Assembly: GCA_963740315.1 (NCBI GenBank)
Contig: CAVUDP010000002.1
Coordinates: 2,592,001 to 2,656,000, forward strand
Direction of reading: 5' to 3'
DNA length: 64,000 bases
DNA from: an uncultured cyanobacterium
GTDB lineage: Bacteria > Cyanobacteriota > Cyanobacteriia > Cyanobacteriales > Nostocaceae
This document shows positions 1 through 10,539 of the stretch, one piece after another (the first letter of the stretch is position 1; every line of letters begins with the position of its first letter). The notes under the pieces were generated by a model that saw only the letters and a program-made list of their open reading frames with translations, was not told the origin of the DNA and did no database searches. Both the position numbers and the translations under genes were made by a program.

Positions 1-1029
1 TTTCCATTCGCGAATAGCAATAGCAGTTCGCGTTGAGGGAGGTACGTAACTATGGTAGTTTTCTTCAAAACTATGAATATTAGGTTTTTGTTTAACTCCT
101 AAAGGTTGGCTAGTTAAGCAGTTGGTTAAGTGAGGTAAATGGGATTCAATACCAAGAGCAAACATAACCTCATCAGCAGACCTAAAACGCTCTTTTACAC
201 TAATTTTGAGCATTTTATCCAAAATTTTGGTCAAGTGTTCGCTAACTGTTAACTGTTTTTGCCAGCAGATTTCACCCGTGTTGGTGTCGTAATCAAATTC
301 TAAAGGTGCTTTTCCACTTAGTAAGTAAAGACAAGTTATACCTACTGCATAAAGATCGCTACCGTAAACTGGACGTAAAGAAAACTGTTCTGGAGGAGCA
401 AATCCCATAGTTCCAACGAAATTGGTAGTAGCAGTTTTATCCGAATTAACTAAAGCCAACTCTTCTTTAACTGCACCAAAATCAATTAATACCAAACGTC
501 CGTCATCATCGCACCGGAGTAAATTATGCGGTTTTATATCGCGGTGAATTACATGGTTTTTGTGAATATACTTTAATACCGGAAGTATCTCGCGTAAAAA
601 CTTTTTGACCGCAGTTTCACTCAAAGGACCGCTGCGTCTAACTTCCCTAGTTAAAGTACAACCACGAACATATTCTTGAACCAGAAAAAATTCTTCTCCC
701 ATTTCAAAGTAATCTAAAAGCATCGGAATTTGAGAATGATTTCCCAATTGACCTAAAGTTTTAGCTTCTTTTTCAAAACGTTCCTTAGCCCTTTCCCAAC
801 TTTTAGGACTACTTACTTTAGGACAAAGCTGTTTAATAACGCATAAAGGATGTCCCGGTAAAGTCACATTTCGAGCTAAAAAAGTAACTCCAAAACCTCC
901 TCTACCTAAAATACGTAAAATTGCGTAGCGATCGCGAAATAAAGTTTTAGAACCACATAATTGTCCTAATTTAGTATTTGTCAACAAGTCTGAATGAAAA
1001 TTCGATATTTTTTGAGAAAAGCGATTCAT
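1..1029 (-). CDS. Serine/threonine protein kinase (Hanks type), 3' end outside window
   Basis: Manual translation from ATG at 1029 (MNRFSQKIS...) gives LGRGGFG, VIKQL, HRDIKPHN, DFG and PPE kinase motifs. The frame is open to the window edge and absent from the ORF track. Confidence 0.92.
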   Translation of the reverse strand, partial: MNRFSQKISNFHSDLLTNTKLGQLCGSKTLFRDRYAILRILGRGGFGVTFLARNVTLPGHPLCVIKQLCPKVSSPKSWERAKERFEKEAKTLGQLGNHSQIPMLLDYFEMGEEFFLVQEYVRGCTLTREVRRSGPLSETAVKKFLREILPVLKYIHKNHVIHRDIKPHNLLRCDDDGRLVLIDFGAVKEELALVNSDKTATTNFVGTMGFAPPEQFSLRPVYGSDLYAVGITCLYLLSGKAPLEFDYDTNTGEICWQKQLTVSEHLTKILDKMLKISVKERFRSADEVMFALGIESHLPHLTNCLTSQPLGVKQKPNIHSFEENYHSYVPPSTRTAIAIREWK

Positions 1030-1260
1030 TATAGTCAACTGTATTATTTACATTGCGACTCCGCGATTTTTTCAATGTAACTACGATCGGTATTTGTCGC
1101 CAGTAAAATTACCGTATCTTTGCACAAACCTAATTTTTCCCTAACTTTTCCTTGAACACTCCGGATGGAAAATGGGGGGAAGAGGGAGATGGGGGGAAGA
1201 GGGAGATGGGGGGATGGGGAGATGGGGGGACAAGGGGAGAGGGGGAAAATTTAACTTTAT

Positions 1261-1410
1261 TAACTCCTAATTCCTAAAGGTTACTGAGCAGTTCGACGTA
1301 GCTCACTGTAAGACTTGTCGAAGTACTCCTAACTCCTAACTCCTAATTCCTAAAGGTTACTGAGCAGTTCGACGTAGCTCACTGTAAGACTTGTCGAAGT
1401 ACTCCTAACT
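1261..1410. repeat. Tandem direct repeat, 2 x 74 bp (period 76), GGTTACTGAGC...GTCGAAGT core within STRR
   Basis: 1261-1334 is identical to 1337-1410. Confidence 0.9.
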
Positions 1411-1454
1411 ATTCCCTACTCCCTACTCCCTACTCCCTACTCCCTACTCCCTAC
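1411..1454. repeat. STRR heptamer (TCCCTAC)n
   Basis: Tandem heptamers read directly. Confidence 0.9.
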
Positions 1455-3677
1455 TCACTGTTCAATAGCTATCAAACCATTTTCTGGTATGCGATCGCGA
1501 AACTGCCCTTTCTCAGACAGTACTAAAACAAGTCTTATGGGAGATTCTGGCGGTTGCTGTAAGTCTGCCCACGGTACGGCTACTTCTAAGGAAGTGTTGA
1601 AAGCTAATTGTGCGTGGGTTTCGCGGGGATGCCATTGGGAATGTTCGCCAGCTTGCTGAAATTGAATTGTGTGGTTTAACAAATCAATTTCTAAATGATG
1701 ATGAAATAAATAATTAACTGGTGGTACATCTGGTGCATTATCTATGGGTAAGTGAGTGTTATGCATGATTTTGTTTGGATAAAACCACAGCAGGTTTAAT
1801 TGGGATGGTAAATCTTTTCCTGGCTGTACTCCGGTTTTAAAATCTATACGTAAGTAGAAATTCGACTGGTCTAATCCATACCACAATCGTTGAATGGCGC
1901 TGCTGCTGTGCATTGTGCCTCGCGCACCGCCTACTTCTAAACGTCCGGCTTTTTCCCAACCTTGTTCGTCACCGCTACCGTTTATTTCTGGGTGAATAAA
2001 TCCGGAAGTTCGATGATCTGTTCGTGCTTCGTGGATTTCTAAAGGTTGATTTAAATAGGTGGGTATGGGTTCGTTTAATGCTCGGTAAATTCCCCGGAGA
2101 TGCAAACGAAATAGCTGGTCAAAAATCGCATCTTGATTTGATGAGTGTCCTTCGCCGAACCACCAAAACCAGTCGGAACCTTCTGCGGCGTACAAAGCTT
2201 CCCAAGCTGCGGGGTTGTTTTCTTCTGTTGCTTCTGGATGATTGGCTAATGTGAGTCTTGCATGAGTTAAGTAGTCCCAAGCTCTATTTTTTACCGGGTC
2301 GCCGATCCAAGTGGTAAAACTACCGTCTACCCAGGAACCGCTGTGCAGTTGTTCTGCCTCGATCGTGGCTGTAGCGGGAAACTGTTGTAAGAATTCTGAT
2401 ACTGTGACTAATTTTAACTGCGATTCGTTACTAAATTTTTCATACAAAGCTTCTAAGAAAGGTTTTCCATCTTGTTCGTAAAATTCCCAACAGTTTTCAC
2501 CATCCAAAGCGATAGTAACTAACCAAGGCTCCTCGTCACTTTGCTGCATTTGAGCGATTTTCTGCAAACGCCCGATTAAATCGGACGCTGCGTCTTGAGG
2601 CGGCATTCTGCTGTAGGTAAAACCAATCAAATCGGATAATGCATGATCGCGGAAAACAATTGATACATCACCCGCCGCAGTTTGTAAGCGATAAGGGCGG
2701 TAAAGTAACTCCGGTTGCACAATATTCCCTGCTTCATCGCGGTGGAAAAACTGTTGTAAAGTCCATCCTAGCACCGCTTCATCCGAGCATATCCACTGAA
2801 AACCCTGTTCGACGATATACGGTAAAATCTCCGGACTTACCGATTGTTCCGAGGGCCATAATCCACGCGGATCTCGTTTAAATCTATCTTTATATAACTC
2901 CCAACCCTTACGTAAGTGACGGGGAATATCTTCAGCCCATGCAAAACGTCGCGGCAAAGCCATATTTGGCACTGCCACCCTACCCGCATCAGTATCCGCA
3001 AGTAAAGGTAAAATCGGGTGAGTATAAGGTGTCGTCATTACCTCCAACTGCCCGCTGTCCTGCATCTGGCGGTGTTGCGGTATAATCCGAGCCAAAATTT
3101 CTCGCTGTTTCGAGTAGATACGCTGGCGATCGCTCAAACTAAAATTGCGTCCCTGCTTTAACCAAACCGCAATATCGCGATCGTCCCAAAATAACGGGTC
3201 AATCCACGCCAAATTATGCCAAGCTAATAAATCGCTATAGTTTTGCAAATCCCAATTCCCCAAACACCAAGCTTCTCCCTTCTCCTGACGATCTTGGTAA
3301 AGTTCCCTGTAACGGGGATGGGGTTGAATTAAAGTATCGTAATTAGCGTCAAAAAAATGTTCGAGAATAAATTCTAGCTGTCCGCTCGTTAGTTGTTCTG
3401 TAGGGGTTAAACTAACTTCTAAATAAGGGTCAAAAGCAGTACCGGCAATATAATCTTCAAGCTGCAATATTAATGACGGCACCAAATTAACAGTTTGATG
3501 CAGTTTCGGATACCTCTCCAACATCAACACCAAATCCAAATAATCCTTAGTACCGTGCAACCGCACCCAAGGCAAGCGATATCTTCCAGTACCTAATGAA
3601 GATGAACCACCTTCAGGAGACTTATACAGTGGTTGATGTTGATGCCAAATAAAAGCAACGTGCAGAGGATGAGACAT
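1455..3677 (-). CDS. Glycoside hydrolase family 57 (amylopullulanase-like)
   Basis: Motifs WHQHQP, HPILPLL, GLWPSE, ALDGEN and AEGSDWFWW. Confidence 0.92.
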   Translation of the reverse strand: MSHPLHVAFIWHQHQPLYKSPEGGSSSLGTGRYRLPWVRLHGTKDYLDLVLMLERYPKLHQTVNLVPSLILQLEDYIAGTAFDPYLEVSLTPTEQLTSGQLEFILEHFFDANYDTLIQPHPRYRELYQDRQEKGEAWCLGNWDLQNYSDLLAWHNLAWIDPLFWDDRDIAVWLKQGRNFSLSDRQRIYSKQREILARIIPQHRQMQDSGQLEVMTTPYTHPILPLLADTDAGRVAVPNMALPRRFAWAEDIPRHLRKGWELYKDRFKRDPRGLWPSEQSVSPEILPYIVEQGFQWICSDEAVLGWTLQQFFHRDEAGNIVQPELLYRPYRLQTAAGDVSIVFRDHALSDLIGFTYSRMPPQDAASDLIGRLQKIAQMQQSDEEPWLVTIALDGENCWEFYEQDGKPFLEALYEKFSNESQLKLVTVSEFLQQFPATATIEAEQLHSGSWVDGSFTTWIGDPVKNRAWDYLTHARLTLANHPEATEENNPAAWEALYAAEGSDWFWWFGEGHSSNQDAIFDQLFRLHLRGIYRALNEPIPTYLNQPLEIHEARTDHRTSGFIHPEINGSGDEQGWEKAGRLEVGGARGTMHSSSAIQRLWYGLDQSNFYLRIDFKTGVQPGKDLPSQLNLLWFYPNKIMHNTHLPIDNAPDVPPVNYLFHHHLEIDLLNHTIQFQQAGEHSQWHPRETHAQLAFNTSLEVAVPWADLQQPPESPIRLVLVLSEKGQFRDRIPENGLIAIEQ

Positions 3678-3703
3678 AAGCTGAGGAGTTAAAAGTTAGG
3701 AAT

Positions 3704-3733
3704 TGTAGAGACGTAGCAATGCTACGTCTGTAC
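3704..3733. repeat. GTAG-type REP-like palindrome
   Basis: TGTAGAGACGTAGCAATGCTACGTCTGTACA inverted repeat; a related palindrome lies at 9601-9630. Confidence 0.75.
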
Positions 3734-3772
3734 AGGAATTAGCATAAAAATCCTAATTCCCAACTTTAACTT

Positions 3773-4003
3773 TTACACCACTTGTTCCACTTCTGCAATT
3801 TCGGGAATCATTTCTCTCAAACGGCGTTCAATACCCATTCTCAGAGTCATAGCAGAACTAGGACAGGAACCACAGGCACCTTGCAAACGTAACTTCACAA
3901 CAGGACCATCAAGTTCTACAAGTTCCACATTGCCACCATCAGACATTAAGTATGGGCGCAACTCATCAAGAACCGTTTCCACATTTTCGTTTGTTAATTC
4001 CAT
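3773..4003 (-). CDS. nfuA: NifU-like (Nfu) Fe-S cluster carrier
   Basis: [14 protein letters not shown] and GACGSCPSS (CxxC) Nfu domain. Confidence 0.9.
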   Translation of the reverse strand: MELTNENVETVLDELRPYLMSDGGNVELVELDGPVVKLRLQGACGSCPSSAMTLRMGIERRLREMIPEIAEVEQVV

Positions 4004-4140
4004 AATCCTTGACCTTTGTTAAGTGACAAATTTCGTTTTCAAAGTTTGTTAATTCCATACTAGACCAATTGTGGTGAAGTGATGGGGGGATGGGGGGATG
4101 GGGGGATGGGGGGGATTGGGTTCGGGGGTTCGGGGGAGAT

Positions 4141-4245
4141 GGTAAGCCCAAAACGTGCGGAGGAACACGACCGTTGAGAGAAGTGGCGCAACCCGTTACT
4201 CTAACGAGTCGTGCCGCGCTGAACACGCGGAGCGTGCGGCGAGCG
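4141..4245 (+). repeat. Composite small dispersed repeat, copy A (105 bp), embedded in G-rich STRR
   Basis: GGTAAGCC...TGGCGCAACCCGTT...CACGCGGAGCGTGCGGCGAGCG; identical to the reverse complement of 47539-47643. Confidence 0.9.
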
Positions 4246-4279
4246 GGGGGGACAAGGGGACAAGGAGATAAAAATAATT

Positions 4280-4954
4280 TTAACCTTTAACATGCAGACC
4301 TTTAACATGCAGACCTGCCGTTTCCAGCAAGTTTATGTTGGAGTAGTTAAACTCGGTTGTGGTATCTTCACCATCTTGAAAATCTTTTACCACTTGCTTG
4401 GTCATTAAATAGTAGTTACCTACTTTTTCATAGGTATCAACAAAATTGAGAGTACTTTGAATTTCGTTGGTTTTTAGGTCACGAAAAACAGCGTCGTAGC
4501 GATTTGGAATATAACCTTCACCCGTATCTAAATTCTCGTGGTTATCAATAACAAATGCCGTATTTCCTTTTATCCGAGTTACTTGACAAATTTGCTTGTC
4601 TCTGATTTTGTAAGTAGAATCTAAGGTCCCCTTAACAATAATGACTGCTGCTTGTGTATCGTCTGTTGAACTTTTGATAAATTCATGCTCCTTATGTTCC
4701 TCATCAAAAGGAGCGGGTTTGCAGTGGGTAACAACATTCCGCAGTTGAATGTAAATGCCTTCTTGTACCTGAATGTCTGTTACTCCGCTGACTTCTACAC
4801 TCAAGTCACCACGAATAAATATTTTACCCGTGTAAGTTTCTTGTCCCTGTACTAGCTGCACGTTAGCGCTGTAACCGGGAAAGTCCTCGTCCCAAGTGTA
4901 ACGACTCTCAAAAGCGTCTCTAAATAATTCTTGTGCTGTTTTTGAAGTTTTCAT
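4280..4954 (-). CDS. DUF3386 family protein
   Basis: AQELFRDAFESRYTWDEDFPGYSA N-terminus typical of cyanobacterial DUF3386. Confidence 0.8.
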   Translation of the reverse strand: MKTSKTAQELFRDAFESRYTWDEDFPGYSANVQLVQGQETYTGKIFIRGDLSVEVSGVTDIQVQEGIYIQLRNVVTHCKPAPFDEEHKEHEFIKSSTDDTQAAVIIVKGTLDSTYKIRDKQICQVTRIKGNTAFVIDNHENLDTGEGYIPNRYDAVFRDLKTNEIQSTLNFVDTYEKVGNYYLMTKQVVKDFQDGEDTTTEFNYSNINLLETAGLHVKGLHVKG

Positions 4955-5130
4955 GCGATCGCTAGAACTTCATTTTTCTCAGTTTAGCGAATCACGAATT
5001 AAAAATTCATCAGTTTCGCGTAATTCCCGATCGTCGGATCGAGTTGCAAGTTTTGCGATCGAAATTCTGTTGCTATATCTTCGTTTGTCGTAATAACTCC
5101 TTCCCCTTTTCCCCCTCTCCCCCTCTCCCC

Positions 5131-5209
5131 CGCTCGCCGCACGCTCCGCGTGAACGGGTTGCGCCACTTGCTACAAGTCGGGGAACCCGCGAGGGCGCAG
5201 TGGCTTACC
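5131..5209 (-). repeat. Composite small dispersed repeat, copy D (79 bp, simplest form)
   Basis: Same termini and core as copy A, without the 26-nt insert. Confidence 0.9.
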
Positions 5210-5236
5210 ATCTCCCACTCTCCCCATCTCCCCTTG

Positions 5237-7039
5237 TCATTCGTCACTTTCTCCACTAGAAACCAGAACGGGTTGCTGGTAAAGGGGTACTGTAAAGGTG
5301 ACTGTAGAACCAAGCCCTTCTCCTAAGCTGTAAAAATGTACTTCGCCACCCATTGCTTCTACTAACTTTTGAGATATGGTTAATCCCAAGCCGGTACCGC
5401 CGTATTGACGGGTACGGGAACCATCGACTTGAGAAAATAATTGAAATAATTTGTCTTGCTGATCTAAAGAAACGCCGATTCCCGTGTCTACTACCCGCAC
5501 TTTTACCATACCGGGAAATTCTTGTTCTTTAAATATTACTTTTTTACGGACTACATCGGCAGTAATATTTATATGTCCTTCGTGGGTAAATTTTATGGCG
5601 TTACCTACTAGATTGATCATTACTTGTTTGAGACGGAGGTAATCGCTATAAACGAGTATTTCATCATTTGTTTCAGGTAGCTGCATCCCAAAGCTAAGAT
5701 TTTTTTGTTCCGCTTGCAGCCGCATTCCGTTTTCTACATCGCTAAATAACTCATCCAGCTTTACGGGACTAAGTTCTAACTCCATTTTGCCCGCTTCTAT
5801 TTTGGCAAAGTCGAGGATGTCATTGATCACATCTAGTAGATGTAGGGATGATTTATGAGCTTCTCCGAGGAAAAGCGATTGTTCTTCTTCATCATCTGCC
5901 ATTCCATCTATAATCAGCTTTAAAAAGCCAATCATGCCATTTAACGGCGTGCGAATTTCGTGAGATACGTTGGCAAGAAACTCACTTTTGAGACGGCTTG
6001 CGTCTTCTGCTTGCTGACGCGCTAATTCTAATTCTTTATATAAAGTAGCGTGGGCGATCGCCGTACCAATTTGATCTGCTGCTTCTTTGGTTAATTCAAG
6101 TTCTTTGGCTGATAGGTACGGGCATTCCGCATCTAAACTCAAAGCAATTAAACTATTGGGTTGTTCTTGGTGAGAAGTTGCAACTATTAAAAGTTTATCG
6201 GCTTGAAATACGGAACTTTCTGTTTGCTCTACTATAACTGGCTTGAGAGTATTCAAAGCTTGAGTAAACCCAACTTCGGAATCTATATCTATTTCCGTTC
6301 CTAACATTGAATTAACATTAGGTTTGTGCGATTCAGCAATTACACGTACTTTTGAATGTCCGTGATAAGGAAATATAATACAGCGACTGGGTTGTAATGT
6401 TGTGCCTAAACTATCAACTGTTTGCTGCCAAATAATATTTAAATCTAAGGTTCGCCGGATATTTCTAGTAATGTTGTCGATCAGTTTATGGTACTGCTGG
6501 GAACGTATATTATCTTCTAGGCTTGCGGAATTGGATGTAAGTTTGTTTTGACTTTTGCTCGCAGCAATTTGTAACAATCTTCCCATCACCAACACTGACG
6601 TTGCAGCATCTCCTAAAACTGGCATTATTGGAGCGATCAGCAACTCCAATTCCACACTTCCTTGAGAATAATTAAACCAACACTGGCACTTTTCTGGAAC
6701 CAAAGTTGTTAATACTCGCTCCAACCGTTCCAAATAGCAAGTTTTATCAACCGGAATAAAGCTTTCCGGGTTCGCGTTACCGTCAATAATATGTTCTGGT
6801 GTTAATCCCAAACGTTCGCTTTGCTGCCAACAAAACTTCAGGTAACGTCCCGTTCCATCTTGAACGTACACCAATTCGGCTCCCAGACAAGCTAAGGCAT
6901 TGGTGTTATTTGAAACATATTCTTTTTGGTCGGACATTAAATGGGGTTGTTCGGAATTCGCAGCAATACTCATGACTGGAGTTAAATAGAAAAAGTGTGC
7001 CCAAAGAAGTTGTGCTAATAGCTGCTTAAAGTTTGGCAT
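5237..7039 (-). CDS. GAF-domain sensor histidine kinase
   Basis: GAF (IRRTLDL...), H-box FLANVSHEIRTPLNG, N-box NLVGNAIKFT, G-boxes DTGIG and GGTGLGL. The true start may be downstream (MSIAANS). Confidence 0.92.
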   Translation of the reverse strand: MPNFKQLLAQLLWAHFFYLTPVMSIAANSEQPHLMSDQKEYVSNNTNALACLGAELVYVQDGTGRYLKFCWQQSERLGLTPEHIIDGNANPESFIPVDKTCYLERLERVLTTLVPEKCQCWFNYSQGSVELELLIAPIMPVLGDAATSVLVMGRLLQIAASKSQNKLTSNSASLEDNIRSQQYHKLIDNITRNIRRTLDLNIIWQQTVDSLGTTLQPSRCIIFPYHGHSKVRVIAESHKPNVNSMLGTEIDIDSEVGFTQALNTLKPVIVEQTESSVFQADKLLIVATSHQEQPNSLIALSLDAECPYLSAKELELTKEAADQIGTAIAHATLYKELELARQQAEDASRLKSEFLANVSHEIRTPLNGMIGFLKLIIDGMADDEEEQSLFLGEAHKSSLHLLDVINDILDFAKIEAGKMELELSPVKLDELFSDVENGMRLQAEQKNLSFGMQLPETNDEILVYSDYLRLKQVMINLVGNAIKFTHEGHINITADVVRKKVIFKEQEFPGMVKVRVVDTGIGVSLDQQDKLFQLFSQVDGSRTRQYGGTGLGLTISQKLVEAMGGEVHFYSLGEGLGSTVTFTVPLYQQPVLVSSGESDE

Positions 7040-7092
7040 AAATTTTTACAGCTTTAGCAGACTTGCTTGGGATTTTTATTGTATTACTCGAA

Positions 7093-7329
7093 TCAGTCGT
7101 TCCACTCACCCCTCGGTGGAACTTTAATCCGATGGGGGGTGCGCGTTAGTTCATCGTCTCTAGGAACATCTCCTCGCAGCCACTGACGCAGCGCCACTTC
7201 AATCACTTTGGAAGGATCGTTACTCAAGTGATTAATTTTTTCTAGTAACTCAGAATCCAAACGGATCGCAACTTCTACCTTATCGGATAAAATTTTTTCC
7301 GCATCGGTAGGTCTTTCTTTCATATTCAT
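7093..7329 (-). CDS. Small ribbon-helix-helix/CcdA-like conserved cyanobacterial protein
   Basis: VAIRLDSELLEKI...SKVIEVALRQWL RHH-like pattern; lies directly upstream of the kinase. Confidence 0.6.
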   Translation of the reverse strand: MNMKERPTDAEKILSDKVEVAIRLDSELLEKINHLSNDPSKVIEVALRQWLRGDVPRDDELTRTPHRIKVPPRGEWND

Positions 7330-7532
7330 AGCTAATATTCTCTGCGCGTTATTTTTTCCCAGCCTGTAAAAAGCAGCTTTACTTACAGTTGAATAAGAAT
7401 ATTTGATTACTCAACCCAATATTGCTTGCTGCCGTACCATCGTTCATGTTCATTTTACGCTCCCACCATAACAATACCAGTACCGATTTAATTAGATTGG
7501 GGGATTGGGAGATGGGGAGATGGGGAGATGGG

Positions 7533-7626
7533 GCAGAGGAGGCAGAGGAGGCAGAGGAGGCAGAGGAAGAAAAAAGAATTTGAAATTGCTTCCTCGGCTC
7601 CCTCGGCTCCCTCCGCTTCCTCCGCT
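7533..7626. repeat. 9-mer tandem repeats (GCAGAGGAG)n followed by a roughly complementary tract
   Basis: Read directly; a similar (GCGGAGGAA)n element lies at 54833-54878. Confidence 0.7.
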
Positions 7627-7751
7627 CACTTTCATGCCCAATCCCCTATGCCCACAACATTGAGCAGCGTATTTGTTCGATACGCATTACAATACGTTAA
7701 GTAAAAGGCTTTTTTTTCATAAAGATTGCAAAATACAGCTTTATAAAGTAT

Positions 7752-9566
7752 ATGACTGACGTTCCCGCTTCTCGCATTCGTAATTTTTGCATTATCGCTC
7801 ACATTGACCACGGTAAATCAACTTTGGCTGACCGGCTTCTGCAAGCTACTGGTACGGTGGAAAATCGGCAGATGAAGGAGCAGTTTCTCGATAATATGGA
7901 TTTGGAACGGGAGCGTGGCATTACTATTAAGCTGCAAGCTGCCCGGATGAATTATAAGAGTCCAGATGGTCAGGAATATGTACTAAATCTTATTGATACT
8001 CCCGGTCACGTTGATTTCTCTTATGAGGTGTCCCGCAGCTTGGTAGCTTGCGAAGGGGCGCTATTAGTAGTAGATGCTTCTCAAGGTGTGGAAGCTCAGA
8101 CGTTAGCGAATGTTTATTTAGCGATCGAGAACAATTTAGAAATTATCCCGGTTTTAAATAAGATTGATTTACCGGGTGCCGAACCCGAACGGGTAATTGG
8201 CGAAATTGAAGAAATTATTGGTTTGGATTGCAGCGGTGCGATTCTTGCTTCTGCGAAGGAAGGAATTGGTATTCCGGAAATTTTGTCAGCGATTGTTGAA
8301 CGAGTACCGCAGCCCCAGAATACCATTGATGAGCCTTTGCGAGCGTTAATTTTTGATAGTTATTATGATAGCTACCGGGGTGTTGTTGTTTACTTCCGGG
8401 TGATGGATGGATCGCTCAAAACTGGCGATAAAGTCTATCTGATGGCTTCTGGTAAGGAATATGAAATCGATGAATTAGGTGTTCTTTCTCCCACTCAAAA
8501 GCCGGTGGATCAACTCCATGCTGGGGAAGTTGGCTATTTCTCGGCGGCAATTAAAGCCGTGGAAGATGCGCGGGTTGGAGATACGATGACTTTAAGTAAA
8601 GATAAAGCAGCCAAACCTTTACCCGGTTATGCAGAAGCTAAGCCAATGGTATTTTGCGGGATGTTCCCCATTGATTCCGATCAGTTCAAGGATTTACGGG
8701 AAGCTTTAGATAAACTTAAGCTTAACGATGCAGCTTTACAATTTGAACCGGAAACTTCTAGCGCGATGGGTTTTGGTTTCCGTTGCGGGTTTTTGGGTTT
8801 GCTGCACATGGAAATTGTCCAGGAACGTTTGGAACGCGAGTATAATCTCGATTTAATTATTACCGCTCCTTCGGTTGTTTACCGCGTAACTACTAATAAG
8901 GGCGAAGAAATTTACATTGATAATCCCGCTACTCTGCCTTCTCCCAACGAACGCGAAAAAATAGAAGAACCTTACGTTAAGGTAGAAATGATTACACCGG
9001 AAGCCTACGTGGGAACTTTGATGGAGTTGTCACAAGGTAGGCGGGGTGTATTTAAAGACATGAAATATCTGGCTCAAGGGCGGACGACATTAACCTACGA
9101 GTTACCTTTAGCAGAAGTTGTCACCGACTTTTTCGATCAAATGAAATCGCGATCGCGCGGTTATGCGAGCATGGAATATCAGCTAATTGGCTATCGTGAA
9201 AATCATCTGGTAAAACTGGATTTAATGATTAACGGCGATCCAGTTGATTCCTTAGCAATGATTGTCCACCGAGATAAAGCTTATAACGTTGGACGAGGGA
9301 TGGCTGAGAAATTGAAGGAATTAATTCCCCGCCATCAGTTTAAAGTGCCTATTCAAGCCGCGATCGGTAGTAAAATAATTGCCTCAGAACATATTCCAGC
9401 ATTGCGGAAGGATGTATTAGCCAAATGTTACGGCGGTGATATTAGTCGTAAGAAGAAACTTTTGCAGAAGCAAGCCAAAGGTAAAAAGCGGATGAAATCT
9501 GTAGGTACCGTTGATGTTCCCCAAGAAGCATTTATGGCAGTGTTGAAATTGGATCAAAATGCCTAA
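7752..9566 (+). CDS. lepA: Translation elongation factor 4
   Basis: [26 protein letters not shown], and C-terminal [20 protein letters not shown]. Confidence 0.98.
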   Translation: MTDVPASRIRNFCIIAHIDHGKSTLADRLLQATGTVENRQMKEQFLDNMDLERERGITIKLQAARMNYKSPDGQEYVLNLIDTPGHVDFSYEVSRSLVACEGALLVVDASQGVEAQTLANVYLAIENNLEIIPVLNKIDLPGAEPERVIGEIEEIIGLDCSGAILASAKEGIGIPEILSAIVERVPQPQNTIDEPLRALIFDSYYDSYRGVVVYFRVMDGSLKTGDKVYLMASGKEYEIDELGVLSPTQKPVDQLHAGEVGYFSAAIKAVEDARVGDTMTLSKDKAAKPLPGYAEAKPMVFCGMFPIDSDQFKDLREALDKLKLNDAALQFEPETSSAMGFGFRCGFLGLLHMEIVQERLEREYNLDLIITAPSVVYRVTTNKGEEIYIDNPATLPSPNEREKIEEPYVKVEMITPEAYVGTLMELSQGRRGVFKDMKYLAQGRTTLTYELPLAEVVTDFFDQMKSRSRGYASMEYQLIGYRENHLVKLDLMINGDPVDSLAMIVHRDKAYNVGRGMAEKLKELIPRHQFKVPIQAAIGSKIIASEHIPALRKDVLAKCYGGDISRKKKLLQKQAKGKKRMKSVGTVDVPQEAFMAVLKLDQNA

Positions 9567-9600
9567 TATCTATTAACCCTCGTTTACCCGCGAAATATTT

Positions 9601-9630
9601 TGTAGAGACGCGATATATCGCGTCTCTACA
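9601..9630. repeat. GTAG-type REP-like palindrome
   Basis: TGTAGAGACGCGATATATCGCGTCTCTACA perfect palindrome. Confidence 0.8.
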
Positions 9631-9678
9631 TTTGCCGGAATAACAGAAAATTGCTAACAGGTAAATTTACATATAGGG

Positions 9679-9717
9679 AAATCGCCCGTACTCGAAAATA
9701 GTGCGGGCGATTTTGTT
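9679..9717 (+). terminator. Probable intrinsic terminator of lepA
   Basis: AAATCGCCCGTACT-loop-AGTGCGGGCGATTT followed by a T-rich tail. Confidence 0.7.
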
Positions 9718-10366
9718 AAGAAGTTAGGATTATCTTTATAATACCTAAAAATCTGCTTTTAGTTAAATGTTAGTGGAGATTTTGTGATGCGATGGAGATG
9801 TAGCACTGCGGAATCTACATTGAAGTTTTGGGTTGACAAAATAATTAAGTCGGATCGATCGCTGAATGAGATGGGTAAATTTTGCAGCCCTAAGTTGGAT
9901 CTTGGGTTTTGCTGCGAAGATATTCCAAGCGGAAGATATAGCGATTCTAGGAAAAAATCAATTTAGGAATAATCTATAGTTATAAATACTCTTGTTAAAA
10001 GAATAATCAAATTAAGATATCATGACTTTATTTGCAGTTTCATAACTAAATATCTCATGCAGTCATGTATTATTTAAAGTAGATATTTAGTAATAATATT
10101 TATTTTTATTTACATCTAATACGTAATTAAAAATGATTCGTTAGTAAATTATTTAGAGTTCTAAATTAGATCGCACCATAAATAATTTAGATAATTTTAC
10201 GGTTTACCATCTTGGCTTAAATAGTTGCACAAATTGAGTTTAAACTGATTATTGCTTAAAACAAACATTAATTTAACAGTCATTCGCAATGATAATCATG
10301 GTATAAAATGCCTTTTAACTCCAATGTTTATATATTTTTTAAACTATTTGTTTTATACGGATTAGC

Positions 10367-10382
10367 TGTAATTGATGTTACA
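10367..10382. promoter_or_regulatory. NtcA-type site TGTA-N8-TACA
   Basis: TGTAATTGATGTTACA, about 160 bp upstream of ORF 10540. No canonical -10 box at the 22-nt spacing. Confidence 0.45.
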
Positions 10383-10539
10383 TTAACTTCCTATTTATGA
10401 CTATTTAACTACATTAATAAAATATCGCTTTGGACATAGTTCTTGATTTCACATATCTATCTTTAGTACGTTTAAGTAATTATTTGTAACCGTAGAATAA
10501 AAGTATATAAATAGTTAATTCAACTAAGATTAAAGCTTT

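Noticed and set aside
1160..1165. TCCGGA (DIF1-like heterocyst promoter motif) upstream of the kinase
   Set aside because: It is a hexamer only, with no convincing matching -10 element; it cannot be supported without TSS data.
1261..1410. Possible CRISPR array
   Set aside because: There are only two identical units with no unique spacers, and no cas genes in the window.
3966..4290. ORFs 3966-4226 and 4090-4290 (likewise 4979-5313, 47432-47755, 50133-50485, 59909-60100)
   Set aside because: They are translations of STRR/SDR repeats; identical peptide strings recur wherever the repeat does.
9784..9966. 60-aa ORF after lepA
   Set aside because: It has no recognisable motif or SD; several frames are open by chance.
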